Notes: generated by a model from the letters alone, not told the origin. A stretch of DNA of 64,000 nt from Octopus vulgaris (GCA_951406725.2 OX597815.1:63612001-63676000); one strand, 5' to 3'. Positions 1 to 14,110 are shown, counted from the stretch's first letter. Translations and numbers: made by a program.

Positions 1-569
1 TACATATATATATAAAGATACAATATAGACATATTACATAGGTATTTACAAACACAAAAAACTTACATATAGACAGATGCAAACATAAACATGTGCATAT
101 ACATACACATACAAGCAGATTTTAAAATATACACATGTATAAAACATACACCCATGCACACATATACATACAGTAACACAAGCATACATATGAATACGTA
201 TACATACACATAAACTCAGAATTACATGCTAAAATGTATACAAATATACATACCCATATACAAATACTTAACATACAAACACATACATACATACATACAT
301 ACATACATACATACTAATATGAGCATACACATAAACACACGCAAATAATTACAAACACGAAGCTGTGCCAATAAACAAATAAAGAAACAACATAAACCAA
401 CAAATAAATAAAACAATAAACAATAAACAAAAGAAACAGCAAAATAATAAGATAAAACAAAACGAAACGAAAATAACAAAATGGCGCGTAACATTAAGAA
501 ACCATAAAGTAAAGATAAGCGGAATAGACGTAGGATGGGGCGGAGATGATGGCATGGTGGAGTTAGTGT

Positions 570-990
570 TTATAGGAAGAGTTGTGATGGCGATGGTGGC
601 GGTGGTGGTGGTGGCGGTGGTGGTGGTGGTGGTGGTGGTGGTGGTGGTGATGGTTTGGGCGACTGTGTTGATAGCAATGGTGTTAGTGATGTTGGAAAAG
701 GTGTGTCCTTGGTGATATTTGTGTAGATAATGATGATGGCGGCGGCGGTACAGGAGGTGGTGATGGTAATGGCAGTGGTGGTAATGGTGGTAGCGGTAGT
801 GGTTGTGGTGGTGGTAGTGGTAGTGGTAGTGGTGGTGGTGTTAATGGTGGTGGTGATGGTAGTCGTGGTAGTGGTGCTGGTGGTGGTGGTGTTAATGGTG
901 GTAATGGTGATGGTGGTGGTGGTCACGTGTGAGATGTCACTATTAACATTGACATTGATGTTGGTAGTGATGGTGAATTTTGTGATGGTG
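570..990. repeat. Degenerate (GGT/GTA)n trinucleotide tract
   Basis: Visible GGT-rich repeat; source of the poly-T/P/V ORFs. Confidence 0.9.
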
Positions 991-992
991 GG

Positions 993-1205
993 AAGGTGGT
1001 GAACTGGCAGAATCATTAACTTGCGGCGCAAAATGCTTAGAGACATTTCTTCCGTCATCACGTTCCGAGTTCAAATTCCGCCAAGGTTGATTCTGCCTTT
1101 CATCCTTTCGGGGTTGATAAAATAAGTAGCATTTGAGTACTGTGGTTGATGTAAATAACTTAACCCCGCCCCGGAAATTGCTGGCCATGTGCTAACATTT
1201 GAAAT
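993..1205 (+). mobile_element. tRNA-derived SINE, family 1 (tail type b)
   Basis: A-box-like TGGCAGAATCATTAA, B-box GAGTTCAAATTCC, body GCCTTTCATCCTTTCGGGG shared with about 10 other copies in the window. Confidence 0.85.
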
Positions 1206-1212
1206 CATCATC

Positions 1213-1281
<69 letters not shown>

Positions 1282-1297
1282 GTTATTATTATTATTA

Positions 1298-1713
1298 CCA
1301 TCAAAGTGACACTGGGGTAGAATATACGAAGCTCAGTATACCCATCATGACTACCCGTCTGATAAGAGTACACTAGGCACATGCATCATAACCATATATG
1401 TGCGACATGGTGAACTCATATCAAGATAAACAGCACATAACCTTGCAGACGGGGCCCAATTAGAATTGTCTTCTGGTCGAGTAGCCCATTCCGCTCAAAA
1501 TGTCCCTGAATAAGGGTAGTTTAAGGATGTTGAACGAAACACCCATTTTTCCAGAGGTGAATTATTCAAACCCCAAAGAATCCCTCTCAACACATGGCTA
1601 TGATGTTCCCCCACTAATTCTGCTCGTGATCAGAGATGCACATATCGTCAGCCACTAAGGGACATGGTCAACTGGTTAAGGTCAAGTAACTGTCAAGCAA
1701 ATCTGCCTGGTAC
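1298..1713 (-). mobile_element. ~545-bp non-coding (AAT)n-associated element, copy 1 (internal deletion)
   Basis: Colinear with 18269-18730, 52153-52582 and 57132-57674; flanked by (ATT)n and (ACT)n; keeps the terminal GCCTGGTAC. Confidence 0.85.
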
Positions 1714-1737
1714 AGCAGCATTTACTACTACTACTAA

Positions 1738-1842
<105 letters not shown>

Positions 1843-4205
1843 CGTCTTCTTTCAATTTTGTTTCCATTTCGTGCTGAGTGTCTCCCTGACACATAGGGCA
1901 AAGAAGCTCACTGTAAACATTAATAGGTCGTTAAAATAAACACACAAAATTGTTCATTTACGTAATGACGGAAGAAACGTCGCTAAGTATTTTTCCCGGC
2001 AAGCTAACGATTCTGCCAGTTCACAAAGTCATGTGATAGAAAAAAGGGGAAGGAAGAAAGAAAAAGGAAAGAAGAAAAAAGGACAAAAGAAAACAAAGAA
2101 TATAAAGGGGAAAAAAGGAAGTTAAAATTGACAGCGACAATGCTCTTCTTAATGCGTGTGACGTACCAGTTAAAACATTTTGCACTTCTTGCATGGATGG
2201 TAAGCTAGGGGGGGGTCCTCAAATAATTTTCAGTTCCTGTTTTGATCATTCCAAGTGCTCCTACAATCACTGGTACTGTAACTGTTTTGGGATGCCACAT
2301 TTTTTCAATTTCAATCAACAAATCTTTATATTTTCCGAGCTTATCAAATTCTTTTGCCGAGATATGATCACAAGGTATGCTCATGTCAATCGATAAACAG
2401 ACTTTATTGTTTTGGTCTTTCACAACAATATCTGGCTTATTAGCTTTGATGGTCTGCTCTGTATGTACTGGAAAGCCCCAAAGAATCGTTATATTTTCTC
2501 CCTCAGTATATGGTGCTTGAATCATTTGTCGCCAGTTTTGATTTTATAATGCCGATATATTATCCAGTGTAGATATTGGCCAACTCTGTCTTGTCTTGAT
2601 TTTACTCTGTAGATACAAAAATTTACACCCAGAGATTAGATGGTCCACTGTTTCAATCTCATCGTTGCAGTAGCAGCACTTTGGGTCTATTACATTTTTC
2701 ATCACATTGGCTTGGTATTACAACTCAATAATCTCTGATCTTCATAAGCTAAGATAAGGTCTTCGCCCTCTGCCTTTAGCCCTGAGATCTGTCGCCCTGA
2801 TGGGTGCTTCTGGTCTACATCAATTAGTTTGCTACGAGCTACATATTTGCCATGCAAAGTCCCCCCTAAGAGCCAATTGTTCAAACGCCTTTTTCTTTGC
2901 CATTGATTTCACTTTCTTTGCAACAATAGTTGCTGCACTTCCATCAGGCTGTTTAACCTGAGTATTACGAAGGAACTCACTAGCAAATTGTTTGCTCTCC
3001 TTCATGACAGATTGGAACTTCTTACGTCAACGAGTTTTAGCATCAGGTCGTTAAGTATTTCAAAATATTTGGCCAGTCCAATAGTTTTGTGAGAGATTTC
3101 AAATTGGATCAAGTCTCGACCTTCTTGGGTACTGGGAAGGTAAAGACGATCTGTGTCTGCCTTTGGGTGGTGCATCTTATTGCAAGTCAGTAGCTTACAG
3201 ATTTTCCTGTCAATTTTCTTTATTTCGCTGATATTCCAGTTCAATACATTGAAACTATAAATAACAACTGGAACTGCTAAGGAATTTATGGCAAACACCA
3301 TGTTACGTGTATTTAACTCAGTTCATGGCTGCTTGAACTTTCCTATAACATTCCTTTTTGATCTCCTTTCATGCTTGCACGTTGAATGCTAGAGCCCTCA
3401 TTTATTCCAAGGTATTTGTAGGTTTGTTCCTGATCTTTTGTCAACATCTAACACCACTTCAATTTCCCTTTCCAAATTCCATCCCGATGTCATCACTGTA
3501 TGCTTTCACAGTACCTAGTAGGACTTCAAACTCGTTATTGTCTTTGCCATAGAGTTTTAAAGTCATTCATATAAAATAGATGACTTATTTTCTTGTCAAT
3601 GTTATACCCATACCCTGTTCTGTTAAGTTCACTTGTAAGGAGTATTAGGGTTATGCTATGCAAAAAATTAGAGGTGAAAGCGAGTTACCTGGGAAAATGC
3701 CACAGTTGATATTAATATTGTTTGAAGTCAGTACTCCATTAGAGTGGTATAATTGGAGATTCGTATTCCACACTGACATGTGCTTCAGGAAGCTTGAAAT
3801 CACATGAGAAATTTTGAAGATATCCAGTGATTTCAAGATCCATGAATGCGGTATGCTATCGAAGTCCTTTATATAATCAATTCATGCACAACAAAGATTT
3901 CTGCGTTTGTAATGACAGTTCTCAAGGATTATGCGATTGATTAGGAGTTGATCTTTGCATCCATATGAGCCTCGTCGGCACCCTCTTGTTCACTAGGAAA
4001 AATATCGTTTTGTTCCATAAATTTGTATGTATTCTCCACGAGGATGGATGTTGATATTTTATTCGTGGTAAATAGACAGGTTATAGGCCGATAGTTTGGG
4101 GGAAATTTGGTTTCATTATTCTTTAAAGGTAAGGAAGTAATACCACTTGCTAACCAATCGTTTTCTTAGGACTCATAATTTCATTGAGTAGCTGAATTAA
4201 CTTTT
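1843..4205 (-). mobile_element. 5'-truncated, decayed RLE-type non-LTR retrotransposon (Dong/R4-like), family A
   Basis: Fragments CGIFPGNSLSPLIFC (RT), HHPKADTDRLYLP, LHGKY...GLKAEGE and RLE motif KPDIVVKD...IDMSIP...KLGKY...PVIVGALG; 3' end abuts (AAT)n; many stops and frameshifts; SINE head inserted at about 1957-2023. Confidence 0.9.
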
Positions 4206-4296
4206 CGTGTGCGCGCGAGAGCGATGCGAGCCAGAAATTTGGCACCCTATCCTTCGTGAGTGGTCATCCTTAGGTTTGCTATTGCCGTTTTGTTGC

Positions 4297-4357
<61 letters not shown>

Positions 4358-4368
4358 ATATTATCATC

Positions 4369-5040
4369 ATCTCTTTATCACAGGTTTCGTTTGAGCTCCT
4401 TGAATCTTGCATGCGTAGCGGGCTTACTACATGCAGCCTACGGTACCATGCTATTCGTTTTTTCAGGTGCCAAGGAGGCAAACCTTTTGTAACAGTTCTT
4501 CTGGGGACTCTATTTTAATATCCTTTATTTTCCCCTTGATGCCTTCTGATACTTTTCCCAAAGACCCAACAATAATTGCACTATCTTCACTCTCTTTTTC
4601 CATGGCCGGGCTGTTTCGTACTTAAGAGGGTTGTTTCTAGCTATCTTTTCGCCTTCCTTCTTGAGTATTCGTGGTTCAAAGGGACATGCAACGTCAACTA
4701 TATAGCACATGTGGTGCATCTTGTCCACCACCACTAAGTCCGGTCTGTTATGCTCTAGCACCTGATCTGTTTGGATTGGGAAATCCTAGAGGATTTTCCT
4801 AGTCTCTAATTTTGTCGCTTTGTGCGCTATGTTCTCATACCACGTCTTGCCTCTCTCTATCCCCCAATTATCGCACAGTTTCTAATGTGGCACTTTCGCT
4901 ACTTGGCCGTGTCGTTACAACTTGTAGTGGTTTTGGTCAAGTTTAAGGTCATATTCGTGATATGGGCAATGGTTTCATCCACTCTATTGCAGGTTCCCTC
5001 ATTATTATTCCTGTTTAACTACAAACTAGAACAGACTCAA
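4369..5040 (-). mobile_element. RLE-type LINE 3' fragment, family B
   Basis: HNRPDLVVVDK...YIVDVACPFE endonuclease motif; 3'UTR nearly identical to 61931-62030; abuts (AAT)n. Confidence 0.88.
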
Positions 5041-5169
5041 CATTAAAGACAAACCATCTATGACCATTTCGCCTTTTTATAAATCTGATATTACATTTTC
5101 CAGTATGTCCTTCGTTTTCTAAAATACTAAGGCTTGATTTGAGGGATATTTGTCTGCTATTTCTAGCAG

Positions 5170-5813
5170 CTTTGGTAGTGGTAACGGTGGTAGTTGTGTC
5201 GTAGTAGCACCATAATGGTTGTGGGGATAAGACCAGTGGTAGTGGTAGTATTGGTGGCTGTGGTTGAGGTAATCTAGCTGTGGCATAGTGGTGGTTGTAT
5301 TGGTGATAGTAGTGGGTTATGCTGGTACAGGTGATGATGGTGGTGGTGGTGGTGGTGGTGATGCTGGTACAGGTGGTGGTAGTAGTGGTGCTTGTAATCA
5401 TAGTCGCTTTAGTGGTGGTGTGGTGATGGTGGTTGTAGTGGAGATGGTGGTGATGGTGCTGCTGCTGATGGTTGTTGTTGTGGTGGGGCTGTGGAGGTGG
5501 GATGCTGTAGTATACATTTGGTGTTATTGCTTTGAGGGTGAGTGGGAGACAGCGGTCCTTGCGAAACCTGTCTTGAGAAAATGACGAGTTCAGACAACTT
5601 GCTGGCTTTGGGGTCGGATAACTTCAGCGTGGCAGCATATGGTGATAGTGACGGTGTAGGAAGATGGTGGTGGAGGTCTTGGTATTGAGAATGATCATGG
5701 GGATTACGATTTGGTCGTAGTGTTTTTTTACCCTGTGGAAGCTCCTGATATCAGTGGCATGGTGGTGCGGTGGTATGGTGGTGTTGGTGTTAGTAATATA
5801 GTAGTAGTAGTAA

Positions 5814-5853
<40 letters not shown>

Positions 5854-6540
5854 TGTTGTTGTTGTTGTTGCTGCTGTTACTGTTTCTTGAACTATGCTTA
5901 AAACTGTTCCAAACGTGATCATCCCGTCATGTGTTTCTGGGACTAGATTACCTAGTTTGTCCTCCATTGTTAAGGTGGTTGCAATTTAAAGGGAGTTTGG
6001 CTGCTTTTCTAACGAGTAGAGCCACCACATAATAGTGGTAGTAGTAGTAGTGGTGGTGGTGGTGGTGGTGGTGATGGTCGTGGCGGGCTGTCTTCGTGGT
6101 GTTGGTCATACTAATAATATCGGTGACATTCGCAATGATGCTGTTGTTAGTGGTGGTTGTAGTGATGTTGGCGGTGGTGGCAGTGTGTGGGGAGGATGGT
6201 GTTGACAATGGGTTATTGGGGAGATGATGATGGTGACGGTGGTGGTGATGGTGGTGCTGGTGGTGATAGAAGTAATGTCAGTGGTAATGCTGGTGATCAT
6301 TGATCTGATAGGAGTGGAAGTGTTGACGATGTTAGAGATGGTGATCTTGCTGTTGGTGGTGGTGATTGGTAGAAATGGTATCGGTGATGGTAATTCTGAC
6401 AGAGGTATTGTTAGCGGTGGTGTTAGGGATAATGGTGATGTAGTTGTTGTTACTGTTGTTGTTAGTAGCGACGGCGGCTTCGGTGGAAGTGGTGATGGTG
6501 GTGGTGGTGGGAGTGGTGGAAAATAGCAGCGGTGGTAACG
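5170..6540. repeat. Compound degenerate (GGT)/(AGT)/(GTT) microsatellite region
   Basis: Visible trinucleotide tracts with short unique spacers. Confidence 0.8.
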
Positions 6541-6845
6541 CACTTGTTTCCTGTCGTTATTTTACGGTCGGTTGTCATGGTTGCACCGAATAACGAATGC
6601 ACTTGAACTCGATGCCAGGAAGTAAACAGTGTTTTACGGTTCTCCTCTGTGACAAGTGGAATATGGCGGGGTGGAGAAGGAGGTGGGGGTGTCAGATGGT
6701 GGTAAGAGTGGAGGGGTAACAGGAAGAACGGAAGAATGGTCGGGGGAGAGAGAGTGAAGGGTAGTGTGGCACCGTGTGCACAGTCAATTTAATGTGGTCC
6801 TTCTCATGTGTCTTTTATATTCGCTGTTCATTTTTTAAAGCAAGA

Positions 6846-7914
<1,069 letters not shown>

Positions 7915-8039
7915 TAAGTATAGATAAACGCACGCATTCGTATACGGGAAGAGGAGGAAGAGAGGGTTGAATGAAAGAGTGCGTGTATTTATGACTGTAC
8001 GTGTATTCACCGATTAAGATCTTTGACATATGATATCTC

Positions 8040-8290
8040 CAGTGGTTATCATTCAAAGAACATGATAGAACTGTCCATATGCCATTCTGAGATATGCTCC
8101 CTTAAGTAGTGCACCAGCTGCAGCAGCATGCAGATAAAACTCCATCTCAACATCAAATACGATTCTTCAATCTGCATCCCAATTTACTACGAATTATTTA
8201 GTAAGACCAATGGATGCGTATCGCAGGTCAATTTGTGAGGACACCAAACATTGAAACATTTCAAGCTGTAGGTCATGTGGAAGGGAATGT
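8040..8290 (+). mobile_element. Very old LINE reverse-transcriptase relic
   Basis: HADK in place of YADD, followed by a QW-containing segment spaced as in CR1/Jockey RT; highly decayed. Confidence 0.35.
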
Positions 8291-8864
8291 CACAAGTCTG
8301 AGTTCAGAAAAACCAACATTAAAAACTAAATAAATCTGATGTGACTCGTTTTATTCCGTGTCATGTATATTATAAGATTTAACATCTTCACTGTCTCTAA
8401 AACTACGTGTGGCTTTCAAACCGTTTCTGATGATACGTTCGAACATAACAGGTGGTTCTCTAACGACTGACAAATGAAAACTCTTTGCAGCTAGATATAT
8501 ATCTCTCTGGTTATCATTATCTATGTATGTATTTATTATGCATGCATGTATGTGTATACACACCGTACACACACGAGTGTGTGTGTGTGTAGTGCTTTAC
8601 AAGAAGTGGGATGATGACAATGACTTCGAAGTTTCAGACTGTTAGCCTTCGTCGGCTGAAGGCTATATACTCAAGAAAACACATCGAGTGATATTCAGTT
8701 TAATGTTCAATTGTTTTTACTATAATCGACTTACAAACGAATAAACTGTACACATACATACATACATAAATACATACATACATACATGCATATATACATT
8801 TATATATATATAATATATTTATATATATATGAATGTATATATATGTATATTTATGTATATATAC

Positions 8865-8897
<33 letters not shown>

Positions 8898-9504
8898 CAT
8901 GTGTGTTTTTGTACATGTGTGTGTGTTTATGTACATGCCTGTGTGTATGTGCGTGTGAACGTTTTCTATTCCCCTCCTCTGTTTCTATTGTTCTTTTTCT
9001 CTCAATGCATGTGTGTGGCATTCATTCACTCATTGCCTGATATCAAGCCTATCATGTACATTCGTTCTGCTTCTTTTATGTTGAGTCTCTTTCGTAATGT
9101 TTGACTGCTGTTTCGAGCCGGTTGGATAACCACGTAGTAAATGCCTCGATGGTTCATTTGTAAATATATTCTACTTATAACACGTAATATCAAATATAAT
9201 CTGAGATAAAATATCTTTTCCACCAGCTGGTAATAGTAGTTTCACCAGGAACTGAAGGAAGGATACTAGGAGATTGAAAACAAAATAAAAACGATAATAC
9301 GAAGGAACAGAAAGTGAAACTGTTATGACTTTTTGTATTTTACTGAGTAAGGGTTTCATATATAATGTCTGTATAAAATATATATCTCATTCCCTAATAT
9401 ATTGTACAGATACCGGAAGAAAGGTATACACACACGCAAACATACATACATACTTACATATGTGTATGTATGTATTCGAATATATATTTATATATATATA
9501 TATA

Positions 9505-10368
9505 GGAAGGGGTGCCCAAAAGTAATCGGAAACGTTCTCTGTGGGACAAGTCCATTGTAGTTCAAGCTTCTACCGCAAAAAACCACTTGATGCGACCCTC
9601 AGGCATCAGTCTGCTGACCGGCGTCATCTGCTTAGCTCGTAGTATCACGTGGTGCGTATTTTTTTTTGCACTGCTTCTCCCGTGTTCGTCGATTTTTTTT
9701 AATAGCTGAAACGAAAGAATAACGTGAGCCCGTGAAATTCTGTTTTCTGCTTGGGAAAATGGCGGCCTAAAAAGCTGTCATACTTTATACAGCTTTAAGG
9801 ACGGTGCCATGAGCAAAACAAGTTTACGAGTGGTTTTCACGCTTTAGGAGTGGTCACTTGTCACTTGAGGACCAAACTCGTTCAGGGCGACCGTCGACCT
9901 CTGGAACGAATGAAAGCATCATGAAAATTCATGAATTGATCTTGAAGGACCGTCATTGAACAACTGATAAGATTGGTGTGTCCTGGAGCTCCTGCCAACG
10001 AATTTTGAACGAGGAACTGCGGTTGAAAAGAGTTACAGCAAATATATGTGCCTCCCTTGCTCACAGAAGATCAAAAGTAGTCACGATTGAATGCGCGTCG
10101 TGAACTGAAAGAACAGTTGGAAGTTGTTCCGGACGAAAGCTGGTGTTACGAAATTTGGAAGAGATGAAGAAAAATAACGACGGAGGCGTTAAAAGTCATC
10201 ACTCACTTTGCGAGAGTTCCCGTACTGCTTCAAACAGTGGAAAACGCGTCTGGACCGATGCATGACTTCAGATGGAGAATACTTTATAGGCGATAAAAGC
10301 GTAAACATGTAAAACTAAGTGAATAAAACATTATTGCAAAATTCCTGTTGTCTTGGGGTAACCCCTAA
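9505..10368 (+). mobile_element. Internally deleted mariner transposon
   Basis: Imperfect TIRs (GGGGTGCCCAAAAGTAATCGGAA / TTCCTGTTGTCTTGGGGTAACCCCT) with TA flanks; translates to VKFCFLLGK...VYEWFSRFRSGHLSLEDQTRSGRPSTS and DESWCY. Confidence 0.88.
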
Positions 10369-10449
10369 TATATGTGTGTGTGTACGGGGTGTTTATATAT
10401 GTATATAGGTATGCATGCCTACATGTATGAATGGATGGATGTAGACAGT

Positions 10450-10980
10450 GGTGTATGCGAGGACTATATCAGATGTTGTTCTATTTACTGTCCACATATG
10501 AACGACATATGAAATATGAAGCACAACAAAATGAAACTATTCGCAGACTGCTCCAAGCTTCAAAACCTTACAGAAAGCGTAGACCGAACTAAACTCAAGT
10601 TTGATCTACATGCTACGAGTCAATGGGCAAACAAAAACAACATGTTAAATTAGAGAATATTTGAACTCACCCCCGCTTCTTTGGAAAATAAAATACGCTC
10701 AAACAACCATACTGTCTCCGTTCGGGAGAACCACTCACAGCTTCCAATAATAGCAGGAACGTAGGAGAGGTTGTTGGCAATAGTCTTAACTGGAGTACCC
10801 ATATCGATGAAAAGTCGATATGGCTCACATGATGAGCTCTTAAACTCTTATAACATATCGGTCCAGAGAGTCAGATGTTATCATTCCCATTTTCTCTCCC
10901 TTCGTACGGCCACACCTAGAATACTGCTGCACCCGTCGTTTCTCCATACAAAGCAAAACATTATAAGAAATGTGACACTT
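10450..10980 (+). mobile_element. CR1/L2-like LINE RT relic
   Basis: MKLFADCSKL...DLHATSQWANKNNML resembles the FADD...W...NNM region. Confidence 0.7.
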
Positions 10981-11269
10981 CATTGGCTTCATATTCTTTT
11001 GTATCAAACGCTAACTAATCCAATAACTTGATATTTAATTGTATGCCTACACCATCTTCAGTCATTCGGAATTCTTTCAAACATTGTCTTTCATTCTTTC
11101 AGGATTGAGAGAACAATGCACCACCCCAGGACAGTAAATTGTGAATACAGAATCGATTGTGATACCTTGTGGTATTTTCTACGGTTCTTTATGTTCTCGT
11201 TCTTGAATGTTAGACTTATTACGTCAATCGTTCAAACCGACATCTGATTTTTGGGTAACTTTAGTAGAA

Positions 11270-11690
11270 TTCACTCTGTTGTCGGCCTCCCCTCTGACAA
11301 TAACTGCCAACCCTTCCTCAAACCTGTTTAGGAGGTCCTCAAAGATTCATGGATGCTGTCCTTTCTTCCTTGAATAAGAGTAAAACTCATGTAGTGAGTA
11401 TTCTGCCGACTTTTGAAACGTCTCGCTCAAGTCACCAGTTTATAATCAGACCTAACTCAAAGGCCAGCAACGAGAAATCAGATATGTCGCCGTAAAAGGC
11501 ATTGACATCTACGTGAACATAGTTCGACCAATCACATCAGCTGGTAGACTTGAAAGTAAGTTTTGTGAAGTTTCCTGCCAAATAGTTCTGCTGAAGGTTC
11601 TAGAAGTTCTGACAACTTCATATTGATAACCAAATTTCAGCTTCACGCCAATCATATAAGAACTCTGCAATCTCAAAGTTGCCTTTACCT
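11270..11690 (-). mobile_element. Heavily decayed Tc1/mariner-superfamily transposase C-terminal relic
   Basis: Remnants LQQN and NRFEEGLAVIVRGEADN resemble FQQD and the RFRxRLEAVxxAEG terminus. Confidence 0.35.
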
Positions 11691-11959
11691 GCAAAATATA
11701 ACTATAATTCGTTCTTTGAGTATAAAATCTTACTCAAGGAACGCAATTCTATGGTTTCTAAAACATTGTTGAAAAAACACGTTAAACAACTTCCTACATT
11801 ATTATTCAACAGTCACAGTTCTGATATACACTATGATCAATATAAAAATGGTTGATTTTAATACGTCATATCTTTATTAATATTTGATATATTCAAATTT
11901 AGTACACAGAATTCGTAATATAATGAAATTCATGGCAAAAAATAATAATTTTGTGTTAA

Positions 11960-12607
11960 ATAGTGAACCTCGGCAAGGTCCGAATTTCATGAGTTCCTTC
12001 AGTTTTCCATGATATTCTAGCAGATTGATCTGATATTCTTATCTATGTAAAGGTAGCCATAATATGCGCTTTCAGTCCTGCTATCTCAAGAATGGGTTGC
12101 GGTATCCCAAGAGAATGGAATTAGAAGTACCTTGTGGGATATAAAAGGATTACTGATCTACCACACATCCATATGTCAAGAAACTTTTCATTCAACGATT
12201 CATTCATTCATGACGACTTCGTCTAGCAGTGCACTAACCTGCTGAAGATCAGATCCCTTGCAAGACGAAGACGTTCGGTTTCCCACTAAAACTGCTCTTG
12301 TAGTATATCAAGTAATTGCACAGAATTGATGCTTTAGTGGCAAAAACACAGAAGCCTTCATCCAATTGAACAAAACTGTCCATTTCATACAAGCGTACAC
12401 ACAGTGAAAGCATCTTTAAATTAAATAATTTTAAAGTTATACAAATACATATTTACAATATTTATAAAATCATAGAATTATGAAGTTATAGCTAAACGGT
12501 AAATTACATGCAATCGTGGATATTACGTGAAAGTTTTATGGGAATATATGGAGTATTACTGGATATACGAATGACTTAAATCTAGTCGTTTAATCTGGAC
12601 CACCCAG
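11960..12607 (-). mobile_element. Decayed Tc1/mariner-superfamily element
   Basis: Terminus TA|CTGGGTGGTCCAG; translation SINSVQLLDILQEQF...RLRLARDLIF...LNEKFLDIWMCGR...LKAHI...EGTHE matches the layout of the catalytic domain. Confidence 0.55.
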
Positions 12608-12949
12608 TATATTTATTTATAAGGGTGTATTTCAGATTATTCAATATATAAATTTTACCTTTTTATCAACTAGTTTATCCTTTATATCTGTTCATTTAGG
12701 TATGTACCTAAGTTTGTCGATGTATGTATGTATGTATGTATGTATGTATGTATGTATGTATGTATGTATGTATGTATGCATGTGTGCATGTATGTATGTA
12801 TGTATGTATGTATGTATGTATATATATGTGTCTGTATATATAGGTATGTATGTATGTATGTATGTATGCATGTTTTATGTATATAGATATATATATGTAT
12901 ATGTGTGTGTGTGTGTGTGTGTATAGTGAATTAAAAAACAGAGGGAAAA

Positions 12950-13132
12950 AGAAAAAGAAAAACAAACGTGTGAACGTAGAACAAGCAATGTATTAATAAG
13001 ACGCCCAGAGAAGGAAAAGAGTAGTAGTTTTACGTTTTGAGCATAGCACTTCTTCGGAAACAGGGAAAATAGGATAGTCCAAGACGAAGAAGGGAAAACG
13101 AATCACCAACAATCACGTGCGGTTACATTTCT
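12950..13132 (-). mobile_element. Penelope-type pLTR fragment with degenerate minimal hammerhead
   Basis: Homologous to 37930-38140; GTTT-CCGAAGA-AGTGCTATGCTC-AAAA-CG-TA-AAAC at 13027-13061. Confidence 0.65.
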
Positions 13133-13421
13133 GACATACATATATATATATCTATATTTAAATAATGAGGGAGATAAATTAATATTAATTTTAATATCAA
13201 TTTAAAACCAGTAGTCTAGCATACAAAAATCTGAGAAGTCAGAGAAAATTCTAATATATGTGTATATTGGCAGGGTTTGACTGCTAGGAAGTCGGCCGTA
13301 TGCTAGAAACAGATCATCAACGATCAAACTACAAAGGAATTCTCTAGAGGAAAAATTCAGCGAACACCAGAACCAAATTTGGCGGGCAGGACAGATGAAA
13401 ATTTATATAAAAAACAGAATT

Positions 13422-13499
13422 AAATGCATACCTCAGTTTCGGCCTTTTACAAAAGAATTACTTACATAATTCAGATGTCCGTGCTTCATCAGTGCATTC
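13422..13499 (-). ncRNA. Type I hammerhead ribozyme (antisense copy)
   Basis: AATGCA-CTGATGA-stem II-GAAA-CTGAG-GTA-TGCATT. Confidence 0.7.
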
Positions 13500-13821
13500 G
13501 TTCATTGTAAATGTAAACTGAAAAACTAACCCCAGCCTTCCGTGCCAAGACAGACACGTGCTTAGTTTTACCGATTACATTAGGGATAAAATTTCAAATG
13601 TCTTGTTTCTGGCGCGCTAAGAAATTCCTGAAGCGAAGGGCTGCAGTAAATAATTCACTGCGGTTAGTGCTTACTACTAGAGAACGTATTTATTTCAATA
13701 TTTAAATAATGAGGGAGATAAATTAATATTAATTTTAATATCAATTTAAAACCAGTAGTCTAGCATACAAAAAATCTGAGAAGTCAGAGGGTTAGTTTTT
13801 CAGTTTACATTTACAATGAAC

Positions 13822-13899
13822 GAATGCACTGATGAAGCACGGACATTTGAATTATGTAAGTAATTCTTTTGTTAAAGGCCGAAACCGAGGTATGCATTT
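13822..13899 (+). ncRNA. Type I hammerhead ribozyme
   Basis: Stem I AATGCA (13823-28) / TGCATT (13893-98); core CTGATGA 13829-35; GAAA 13881-84; short stem III; GUA cleavage triplet ending at 13892. Confidence 0.75.
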
Positions 13900-14028
13900 A
13901 ATTCTGTTTTTTATATAAATTTTCATCTGTCCTGCCCGCCAAATTTGGTTCTGGTGTTCCTTTGTAGTTTGATCGTTGATGATCTGTTTCTAGCATACGG
14001 CCGACTTCCTAGCAGTCAAGCCCTGCCA

Positions 14029-14029
<1 letters not shown>

Positions 14030-14110
<81 letters not shown>

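Larger units (their letters stand above)
13155..14038. mobile_element. Penelope-like pLTR cassette with direct and inverted repeats, inside (TA)n
   Basis: ~90-bp direct repeat (13155-13244, 13699-13789) and near-identical inverted repeat (about 13255-13532 vs 13789-14038); hammerhead in each inverted arm. Confidence 0.8.

Noticed and set aside
4207-4290. HDV-like ribozyme at the 5' side of the family A LINE
   Set aside because: Could not build P1/P3/P1.1 pairings by eye.
5015-6543. Mucin-like Thr/Pro-rich minus-strand ORFs
   Set aside because: (GGT)n-derived; frames are discontinuous.
11509-11694. Host exon after a TTTTGCAG acceptor
   Set aside because: All frames hit stops; remnants fit a transposase relic better.
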